Shown here: positions 16,046 through 23,545 of the stretch, piece by piece
Layout: each line of letters begins with the position of its first letter
Numbering within the stretch: position 1 is the stretch's first letter
Assembly (NCBI GenBank): GCA_016839445.1
Contig: JAEOUG010000006.1
Span: 1-24,512 of the forward strand
Direction: 5' to 3'
Length of the DNA stretch: 24,512 nt
Source of the DNA: Candidatus Thorarchaeota archaeon
GTDB lineage: Archaea; Asgardarchaeota; Thorarchaeia; Thorarchaeales; Thorarchaeaceae
Notes under the pieces: model-generated
Database searches by the model: none
Told to the model about the DNA's origin: nothing
Seen by the model: only the letters and a program-made list of their open reading frames with translations
Program-made: the position numbers and the translations under genes

Positions 16046-17424
16046 CGCAGTTCCTCCTCTGGAATGAATATCCCGCGTTGCAGTATGTTCTTTGGATCGA
16101 GTGTCTTCTTCAATGTCTTCAGAAGGCGATAGTAACCCGTATCCCTCTCAGCGACAAAGCGTCGAAGACCGTCCCGTCCTCCGATGCCGTACGGAACTAC
16201 TGGTCCTGATAGCACCTTGGCATCAATCTCATCAGCCATCTCTACTAGCTCTTTCCACTCCTGGGGCTCCTTGTAGTTGGTCACCATGAAGGCCAGCCAT
16301 CGCCTTGGCAGAATCTGGCCCCCAAATCCAGCCTTCTTGTAGCCCCGTTTCTCTATGAGATCCTTTCTCCATATGTCATAGATGAAGTGGATGTCGTCGA
16401 TTCGCAGGGTTCCTGCTCCGAAGAAGTGCCAGACTCCAGCCGCGAAGAGATCGGTGAGCCCAGTGAGAATCCTGTCGAAGTAATCGTTGGCAGGTCCGGG
16501 GTCTCCAATCTCACCGCCGAGTTCCCTAATCTTCTCTAGAATCCGGTTCTTTCTGTGCTCCACAATCTCCTTCTCGTATCCGAAGATGTCCATCATGAGA
16601 AGGAAGACATCTGGAGAAGCCGGGTCCACCCATAGGTAGATGCCCTGCAAGTACTCGTCTCCAACATGCTGGTTGATGAAGTGTCCAAATGAAACCACGT
16701 CATCAAGCGACTTCATTACCGCAAGTAGGCGCTCCACATGGTCAGTTGCGGGGCGGATTCTCAGTGTGAGCTCGGTGCAGACTCCAAGGATTCCCTCGGC
16801 ACCGATGAACATCCCTCCCAAATCAGGACCAAGACACTGCCTCTCGAACTTCCCTGCACTGGGCCAAGCGGCAGAACCTGTTTCAACCACGTCCCCGGTT
16901 GGTAGCACCATCTGCAACGTTAGTACGTCCTGGTTGCCATGGAATCCGAACTTCGCTGTCGAGTGTGGACCACTACCCGCCTTCATCACAGAGCCGCCAA
17001 CGGTCATTGCCGGACCGCCAGCCTCGCTGCAGAGGTAGGTCAGGCCGTGCTTCCTGAGCTCCTGGTCAAGCTTGGCCCATGTGCAGTTGGGCTGAACTGT
17101 GACAGCGAGGTCACGCTCATTGATGTCCACTATTTTGTTCATGCGGCCCATGTCCATCATGATGCCCGGATTTTGAGCCAGATATGCATCCCAGTGCGAT
17201 GTTCCGCCACCTCGGATGTAGACAGGAACATTGTGCTCGTTGGCAATCTTGAGGATGGCCTGTACTTCCTCCTTGGAGTCTGGCATTACCACGTGAGTGG
17301 GCATCTTGGGCGCGGCGGGACTGAGATCACGGCTGTACGTAATCAGGTCGAAGTCCTTGTCCGTTACTCTCGAGGGACTGAGAGCCTCACCAAGAAGTGT
17401 GGTCAGCTTCTCCTTGCTCACCAT
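16042..17424 (-). CDS. FAD-binding oxidoreductase, GlcD/D-lactate dehydrogenase (VAO/PCMH) family, 460 aa
   Basis: HVVMPDSKEEVQAILKIANEHNVPVYIRGGGT, TVGG, GPDLGGMFIGAEGILGVCTE, LKKTLDPKNIL. Start moved to ATG 17424. Confidence 0.9.
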   Translation of the reverse strand: MVSKEKLTTLLGEALSPSRVTDKDFDLITYSRDLSPAAPKMPTHVVMPDSKEEVQAILKIANEHNVPVYIRGGGTSHWDAYLAQNPGIMMDMGRMNKIVDINERDLAVTVQPNCTWAKLDQELRKHGLTYLCSEAGGPAMTVGGSVMKAGSGPHSTAKFGFHGNQDVLTLQMVLPTGDVVETGSAAWPSAGKFERQCLGPDLGGMFIGAEGILGVCTELTLRIRPATDHVERLLAVMKSLDDVVSFGHFINQHVGDEYLQGIYLWVDPASPDVFLLMMDIFGYEKEIVEHRKNRILEKIRELGGEIGDPGPANDYFDRILTGLTDLFAAGVWHFFGAGTLRIDDIHFIYDIWRKDLIEKRGYKKAGFGGQILPRRWLAFMVTNYKEPQEWKELVEMADEIDAKVLSGPVVPYGIGGRDGLRRFVAERDTGYYRLLKTLKKTLDPKNILQRGIFIPEEELR

Positions 17425-17465
17425 TCTCTGTATCTCCTGTATTCCTTCCTCCTCATCATTCTCTC

Positions 17466-17506
17466 TGTTAAACGTTGTTAAACAGATGATATCAAGCACT
17501 TTAATA
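17466..17506. promoter_or_regulatory. Divergent promoter region with tandem 8-bp repeat
   Basis: TGTTAAAC at 17466-17473 and 17476-17483 (10-bp period, GTTTAACA on the minus strand). TTTAATA at 17500-17506 on the + strand, 27 nt before ATG 17534. Confidence 0.5.
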
Positions 17507-17533
17507 CGCCATTTGCAGACGAGGGTTGATACA

Positions 17534-18661
17534 ATGAAGTCCCGCGAACGAGTGCAGAAGGCTCTGGCACACGAAGAGCCAGACAGAGTCCCAATCGACT
17601 ACTGGACCACTCCAGCGGCCTATGAGCAGCTGCGTGACCACCTTGGAATCACGGCCCCTGAAACGCAGGAGTGGGGAATCATGAGCAACTGGAAGATCTC
17701 CGAAGAGATGCTTCAGCGACTGCATGTGGACTTCAGAAGAGTCTACATGAACCCGTCCTCGAGGTTCCAGATGAAGACCTACCCGGATGGGACAACAGAC
17801 TCGGAGTACGGATTCAGAGGCAAGTGGTTTGGACCATACTGGGAAGTAACCCACTTCCCGTGGGCAGAGATAACCGAGGTCGAGCAGATAGAGGATTGGG
17901 AGTGGCCTGACGCCGACGACCCATCAAGGATGGATGGTGTGGTTGAATGGGCCAGATATCTACACGAGGAAACAGACTACGCTGTCGTAGGTATGGTTGG
18001 GGGGCCTTGGGGGGTCTTTGAGATATGTGAGCACTACATGCGAGGCTTCGATAAGTTTCTGATTGACCTGGCGGAGAACACTCCACTGGCTGAGGCGATG
18101 ATGGACAAGTCCATGGAGTATGCTTTGGACATGAACCGTGTACTTCTCGACCAGGTGGGGGAGTATCTGGACATCGTACAGGTCGGCGATGACCTAGGAC
18201 ACCAGCACGGACTCATCATGAGTCCAAGGATGTACAGAGGACTAGTGAAACCCAGACATGCTCAGATGTACGGAGAGATACACAGGCGTGCCCCCCACAT
18301 CAAACTCCTGTATCACAGTTGCGGAGCAATCGAGCCCCTAATCGGTGACTTGATCGACGTTGGCGTGGACATCTTGAACCCAATCCAACCGCTGGCCGCA
18401 GGAATGGACTCAGCCCGGCTAAAGGAGAAGTACGGGGACAGGCTCAGCTTTCATGGCGGTATAGACCTGCAACGGGCAATGGCAGAAAGAGGCACCATGG
18501 AAGATGTCAGAAACGAGATCGACACACGACTCAGAGCTCTTGCGCCAGGAGGAGGCTACATCTTGGCACCTGCACACAATATACAGCCAGATTCTACACC
18601 CGAGAAGATACTGGCAATGTATGACTATGCTGCGGAGAAAGGAAGGTATCCAATCAGCTAG
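17534..18661 (+). CDS. Uroporphyrinogen decarboxylase / MtaA-CmuA-like TIM-barrel protein, 375 aa
   Basis: MKSRERVQKALAHEEPDRVP, GDDLG, YHSCG (HxC), LNPIQP, FHGGID, GGGYILAPAHNIQ. The ORF-track start at 17297 overlaps the divergent gene and was trimmed. Confidence 0.88.
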   Translation: MKSRERVQKALAHEEPDRVPIDYWTTPAAYEQLRDHLGITAPETQEWGIMSNWKISEEMLQRLHVDFRRVYMNPSSRFQMKTYPDGTTDSEYGFRGKWFGPYWEVTHFPWAEITEVEQIEDWEWPDADDPSRMDGVVEWARYLHEETDYAVVGMVGGPWGVFEICEHYMRGFDKFLIDLAENTPLAEAMMDKSMEYALDMNRVLLDQVGEYLDIVQVGDDLGHQHGLIMSPRMYRGLVKPRHAQMYGEIHRRAPHIKLLYHSCGAIEPLIGDLIDVGVDILNPIQPLAAGMDSARLKEKYGDRLSFHGGIDLQRAMAERGTMEDVRNEIDTRLRALAPGGGYILAPAHNIQPDSTPEKILAMYDYAAEKGRYPIS

Positions 18662-19326
18662 GGAATAGGTCGTTCCTTGTGCAACTCGTGAGGGTCTTCA
18701 CCCTTGTCGAGTTTCTCAGCCCACCACTCATCAGTAGAAACAACTCCTTCTGCGTGAGTCAGAACCTCTTCAATCGAGTCGGCAGGAATAACCACAATCC
18801 CATCTCCATCACCGAAGATGAGATCTCCCGGGTGGACAATCACACCTCCACAGACGATTGGCTCGTTTACTGACTCCATGTCCAGACGACCTCGCATGGT
18901 TCCGGGGTGACGACCTCTGGCGAAGACAGGGAAGTCCATTCTGTTGATGTCATCAATGTCACGTGAAGTCCCATCGACGACGGCACCTCTGACTCCTAGT
19001 GGCTTGCCAATCCGAGTTAGAACCTGGCCCCATGCTGAGCAATCTGTTGCTCCTGACATATCTATGGCAATCAGGTCATCGCTCTTTGCCTTCGTTGCCA
19101 TGCTCATGAACACATCGAGCTGCCCCTCATCATATGGTCGGTTGGCAGGTGATCTTACCAGACGACCTGTTCTGGCATATCCTGCCATTCGCTGGTTGAT
19201 TGTCAGGGGGACTATCCCCCTGTCCATGCACACCTGATTCAGCCCTATTTCATCTGCAGCATCAGATAGAGCAGCTACATACAGCCTCAGTGTCCTTTCG
19301 ACTATTCGTCCTCGTTTGCTTGCCAT
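18658..19326 (-). CDS. RraA-like / HMG-CHA aldolase family protein
   Basis: LSDA, AGYART, AWGQV, GVRGAVVDGTSRDIDDI, VHPGDLIFGDGDGIVVIP. Alternative start 19344. Confidence 0.88.
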   Translation of the reverse strand: MASKRGRIVERTLRLYVAALSDAADEIGLNQVCMDRGIVPLTINQRMAGYARTGRLVRSPANRPYDEGQLDVFMSMATKAKSDDLIAIDMSGATDCSAWGQVLTRIGKPLGVRGAVVDGTSRDIDDINRMDFPVFARGRHPGTMRGRLDMESVNEPIVCGGVIVHPGDLIFGDGDGIVVIPADSIEEVLTHAEGVVSTDEWWAEKLDKGEDPHELHKERPIP

Positions 19327-19331
19327 CTCGC

Positions 19332-19808
19332 TCACTTCTCCCATCGGTATATGCAGTAATCATCTCCCTTCATCATGCACTTCGGGAGAGTCATATTCAG
19401 CCTACTGTCAACAGCCTGTCCTATTCCCTCGTCCATTTTCGTGACCCAGTGACAGATGTCTTCACCTACGCCCATTTGCCGGAATGTGTCTATCCATGGG
19501 CACTCGGTCACCTTCACATCCAATAGGCGGTCAGTGTGCTCACTCACACTAAGCTCGAAGCCGAAATACGGACGGGCTGATTCGAACATCTCAAAGATTG
19601 AGAGCAGATCGCCCCTTCTAAGCTCCCCCCGCTCTATCGCGGACTCGCCCAAATCGATACCGTGAAGGCGGTTCTCCTCTCCTAGGGCTTCAAGTCCCTT
19701 CGTGCCCGCAATCTTACGGACAGCCTCGACGTAGACGGCGTGGGCGTTAGCTAACGTAACCATGTTAGTCTTGCGAACTTGATCTGCTGTAGGCTTCATC
19801 TCTTCCAC
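19332..19808 (-). CDS. ATC-hydrolase-like (L-2-amino-thiazoline-4-carboxylate hydrolase / V4R-related) protein, 158 aa
   Basis: VKVTECPWIDTFRQMG...IC...D...LPKCMMKGDDYCIYRW cysteine pattern. GTG start (alternative ATG 19799). Confidence 0.75.
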   Translation of the reverse strand: MEEMKPTADQVRKTNMVTLANAHAVYVEAVRKIAGTKGLEALGEENRLHGIDLGESAIERGELRRGDLLSIFEMFESARPYFGFELSVSEHTDRLLDVKVTECPWIDTFRQMGVGEDICHWVTKMDEGIGQAVDSRLNMTLPKCMMKGDDYCIYRWEK

Positions 19809-19830
19809 CCTTCATCCAGAATCAAGAACG

Positions 19831-19889
19831 CAAACTTAAACTCTCGGTCGCTAGCTCATGCTTGGTTCATTCAGGGAAGTTTAAGTTTG
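19831..19889. promoter_or_regulatory. Back-to-back promoters formed by a perfect 12-bp inverted repeat
   Basis: CAAACTTAAACT (19831-19842) and AGTTTAAGTTTG (19878-19889), 35 bp apart. Each presents TTTAAG about 26-35 nt before a divergent start codon. Confidence 0.65.
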
Positions 19890-19920
19890 GGCAAGGGGTT
19901 CTAGCCAGCCAGTGGTCCAT

Positions 19921-21081
19921 ATGCTCGCAGAAAGAAATCGCTACGTACCAGCAAGCGAAATACGCAAGATCTTCAACATGATCATTGACCGCCCTGATGT
20001 ACTGGATATGACTCTGGGTGTGCCTGACTTCGATACGCCTGATCACATCAAGCAGGCTGCGAAGGATGCCATCGACCAGGGGTTCACAAGGTACACCCAC
20101 AACGCAGGCTACATGGATGTCAGAGAGGCATTCGTGGACAAGCTCAGAAGAGACAACCAGATAGATGCAGACCCAGCTAGCGAGATTATGATGACTGCGG
20201 GTGGCATGGGAGCTCTTGTTCTGGCTAACCTCGTCCTCGTGAATCCTGGTGATGAGGTCCTCTATCCGGACCCGGGATTCGTGAGTCACTTCGCTCACGC
20301 CAGACTCGCCCAGGGCGACCCGGTGGTGGTTCCTCTCAAGAAAGAGAATGGATTCGGAATGGTGGCGGCAGACATCGAAGAGAGAATCACGGAGAATACC
20401 AAGCTGCTGGTCCTAAACTCGCCGAACAATCCCACAGGAGGCGTTACAAGCAACAAGGAGATCAAACGAATAGCAGATCTCTGCCTAGAGCATGACATCT
20501 ACGTCCTCTGCGATGAGGCTTATGAGAAGTTCATCTACGTTGATGAGAAGCCTCTCTTCGTGGGGTCAATTCCGGAGATGAAGGATCGGACAGTATCTAT
20601 CTTCTCGTTGTCGAAGACCTATGCAATGACTGGGTGGCGAATCGGAGCATGTGTTGGGCCAAGCGATATCATAGGAGCCATGGTCAAGCTCCAAGAACAC
20701 ATTCTAGCAATGCCGACAAGTATCGCCCAGAAAGCAGCCAAGGCCGCGGTGAGTGGACCCCAGGACTGTGTGGATGCGATGATTTCCACTTTCAGGAAGC
20801 GAAGAGACCTAATCACCCGAGGTCTGAGCGCAATTGAAGGAATAGAAGTCAACCCACCCGGTGGAGCCTTCTATGTCTTCCCCGATGTTTCCGCATATGG
20901 AATCAAGTCCTATGATCTGGTTCTCAAGATCCTTGAGGAGACCGGCGTTGTCACCGTTCACGGTTCCGCTTTTGGAGACCACGGAGAGGGCTTCTTGCGC
21001 CTCTGCTATGCTGTTTCAACTGAGCGCATAGAGGAGGCTCTGTCCAGACTTGACAGATACCTGCCTACTCTCCTGAAGTAG
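19921..21081 (+). CDS. PLP-dependent class I/II aminotransferase (AspC-like)
   Basis: LGVPDFDTP, LNSPNNPTG, DEAYE, SLSKTYAMTGWRIG (PLP lysine), GAFYVFP, GEGFLRLCYA. Alternative GTG start 19912. Confidence 0.93.
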   Translation: MLAERNRYVPASEIRKIFNMIIDRPDVLDMTLGVPDFDTPDHIKQAAKDAIDQGFTRYTHNAGYMDVREAFVDKLRRDNQIDADPASEIMMTAGGMGALVLANLVLVNPGDEVLYPDPGFVSHFAHARLAQGDPVVVPLKKENGFGMVAADIEERITENTKLLVLNSPNNPTGGVTSNKEIKRIADLCLEHDIYVLCDEAYEKFIYVDEKPLFVGSIPEMKDRTVSIFSLSKTYAMTGWRIGACVGPSDIIGAMVKLQEHILAMPTSIAQKAAKAAVSGPQDCVDAMISTFRKRRDLITRGLSAIEGIEVNPPGGAFYVFPDVSAYGIKSYDLVLKILEETGVVTVHGSAFGDHGEGFLRLCYAVSTERIEEALSRLDRYLPTLLK

Positions 21082-21128
21082 TCGTCCGCATGCGAACAGT
21101 AATGAATAGAAACGTGGATTGATGTGCA

Positions 21129-23468
21129 ATGACCTCACGAACCCTGCGACTCAAAGGGCAGATGCTCAGCTCCGAACCCACGATTTCTTCGGAGAGAGCA
21201 GTCCTCTTCACAGAGTATGTCCAGAAGCACCTCGATGAGGACTCGGTATCGAGGATCTCTGGCGCGTTTGCGCACGTCCTAGACAACATGGCGATCCGGA
21301 TCGAACCGGAGGAGCTGATTGTAGGGAACATGGGACCAACACCAAGGTCCTGCCAGGTATTCCCAGAATACAGCTGGGCTTGGATAGAGGAAGAACTGGA
21401 CAGATTCGACAAGCGCAGGACGGAGAGATTCAGGATCGGCAATGAGGACAAAGAGAGACTCCGTGAGGTCTTCAGGTTCTGGAAGGGGAGAAGCACTGCT
21501 GAGAGGGCCATGGCCCTAATGTCTAAGGAGTCTCTTGCTGCATCGAAGGCAGGGCTGTTTACTATCGGGGCTCCAGGCACGGGAATCGGCCACTTCATTG
21601 CGGATTACGAGCGAGTCCTCCAAGACGGCCTTGGAGGTATTCTCGAAGAGGTCGAAGCCAAACTTGCCGACACATCAATGGACAATGATAGTTCGGAGTT
21701 CTATGAAGCGATCCGAACTGCCTACAGTGCAGTCATCAGGTTCTCACACAGGTTCTCGAGACTCGCTGCTGAGAAAGCCGAGGAGGAAGAGAACCCAGAT
21801 AGGAAGCGTGAGCTCCTAGAGATTGCCCGAATCTGCCTGAAGGTTCCAGAGAAGCCTGCGGAAACACTCCGCGAGGCGCTGCAGTCCCTCTGGTTCATTC
21901 ATCTCTTGGTGCAGACTGAGTCGAACGGACACTCTGTCTCTGTTGGCAGGTTTGACCAGTTCATGTATCCCTTCTATGCTCGTGATTTGAAGAACGGTCT
22001 GACCTCACGAGAACAGGCACTGGAGCTTCTAGAGATGCTCTGGGTGAAGTTCACCTCACTTATCAAACTCAGAAACGAATACTACAGCATTGCATTTGCG
22101 GGACATCCAATGTTCCAGAATCTGACAGTCGGAGGACAGGATGCAGAGGGCAGAGATGCTTCCAATGAACTCACTGAACTCGTACTTGAGGCCACTGCCA
22201 ATATCAGAGTGACTCAACCTACAGTCTCGTTCAGATGGCATTCAGGGGTTCCCGAGAAACTCAAGAGAAAGGTCGTGGAGGTGGTCTCGCAGGGTCTCGG
22301 CATGCCAGGCCTCTTCAACGATGTAGCCATCATCGAAACCATGCTAGACAAGGGCACTGACGAAGAGGAGGCGTATGACTACTCGATTCTTGGATGTGTT
22401 GAGCCAATAGTCGGAGGTAAGTCGGATCCAAGGCAGAACATAGGTTATGTCAACCTTCCGAAGATTCTCGAGGTGACTTTGAACAACGGGATGGATCCAA
22501 GAACGCAGACCCAGGTTGGACCAAAGACCGGAGACCCGGTGGAGTTCACGAACTTCGGCGAACTGCAGGATGCCTTTGAGAGGCAAATCGACAATGCGAT
22601 AGAACTCCTTACGCAAGCTGACAGGATTGCAGCAGATGTCCACCGACAGCACGTCCCGACCCCGTTCATCTCGAGTCTTATAGAGGGATGTATCGAGAAG
22701 GGGGTCACTATGCAGGAGGGCGGAGCGAAGTACAACTCTGGAGGGATAATGGGAGTCGGAGTCGCCATTGTGGCAGACTCACTTGAGGTGCTTCGCACGC
22801 ATGTCTTCGAGCAGCGCGACCTGAACATGAGAACACTCCTCAAGGTCCTAGGGGAAGACTACGAAGGACACGAGGAGCTTCGTATCAGACTGGAGAACGA
22901 CCCTCGCAAGTACGGCAACGACATCGAGGACGTGGATCTCTTGGCCCGGGACACTGGAGAGGCATTCTGCAAATCGATTCAGAAACGACAGACGACACGT
23001 GATGGTCCGTACCATGGTGCGCTCTTCTCGGTATCTATGTATATTCCGCAGGGAGAGGTCCTCGGGGCAACGCCCGATGGTAGGCACGCTGGGCACATGC
23101 TCTCTGATGGTGTTTCACCTACACAGAATAGAGATGTTAACGGGCCGACGGCTGCAATGAAGTCTGTAGCCAGGCTGAACCATAGGCTCTGTTACAACGG
23201 GACGCTGTATAACATGAAGTTCGCGCCGGACTTCTTTGCCACTGAGGCCAGGCGCCAGAAGTTCATCGGAATGATAGATGCATACTTCAGAATGGGAGGA
23301 TTCCATGTTCAGTTCAATGTAGTTTCGAGAGAAACTCTTGAGGATGCAAAAATCAATCCTCTACAGCACAGAGACCTCATTGTGCGTGTTGCTGGGTATA
23401 GCGCATACTTCATCGAGCTAGATGCATTCGTGCAGGACGAAGTCATCGCCAGAACCGAGTTCAGCTGA
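21129..23468 (+). CDS. Glycyl radical enzyme, eliminase/diol-dehydratase-like (PFL2-type), 779 aa
   Basis: GCVEP (Cys423/Glu425), RVAGYS (Gly756), GRFDQ, GATPDGR, HVQFNV. No activating enzyme in the window. Confidence 0.93.
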   Translation: MTSRTLRLKGQMLSSEPTISSERAVLFTEYVQKHLDEDSVSRISGAFAHVLDNMAIRIEPEELIVGNMGPTPRSCQVFPEYSWAWIEEELDRFDKRRTERFRIGNEDKERLREVFRFWKGRSTAERAMALMSKESLAASKAGLFTIGAPGTGIGHFIADYERVLQDGLGGILEEVEAKLADTSMDNDSSEFYEAIRTAYSAVIRFSHRFSRLAAEKAEEEENPDRKRELLEIARICLKVPEKPAETLREALQSLWFIHLLVQTESNGHSVSVGRFDQFMYPFYARDLKNGLTSREQALELLEMLWVKFTSLIKLRNEYYSIAFAGHPMFQNLTVGGQDAEGRDASNELTELVLEATANIRVTQPTVSFRWHSGVPEKLKRKVVEVVSQGLGMPGLFNDVAIIETMLDKGTDEEEAYDYSILGCVEPIVGGKSDPRQNIGYVNLPKILEVTLNNGMDPRTQTQVGPKTGDPVEFTNFGELQDAFERQIDNAIELLTQADRIAADVHRQHVPTPFISSLIEGCIEKGVTMQEGGAKYNSGGIMGVGVAIVADSLEVLRTHVFEQRDLNMRTLLKVLGEDYEGHEELRIRLENDPRKYGNDIEDVDLLARDTGEAFCKSIQKRQTTRDGPYHGALFSVSMYIPQGEVLGATPDGRHAGHMLSDGVSPTQNRDVNGPTAAMKSVARLNHRLCYNGTLYNMKFAPDFFATEARRQKFIGMIDAYFRMGGFHVQFNVVSRETLEDAKINPLQHRDLIVRVAGYSAYFIELDAFVQDEVIARTEFS

Positions 23469-23545
23469 CGGCAAGGCCTTTCCGTTATCTTTAACATCTT
23501 GCGACCATTAGCTTAATCCTGTTTAAGCGAGGAGAAGAGTGGACA

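Noticed and set aside
17297-17533. N-terminal extensions of the ORF-track calls 17297-18661 and 16042-17499
   Set aside because: They overlap each other and the promoter elements. Family-typical N-termini begin at ATG 17534 and ATG 17424.
21129-23468. Assigning the GRE as pyruvate formate-lyase, CutC, HypD or alkyl/benzylsuccinate synthase
   Set aside because: No Cys-Cys pair (PFL), CVE rather than the CMSP-type motif of fumarate-adding enzymes, and the surrounding motifs do not match CutC or HypD as I recall them.
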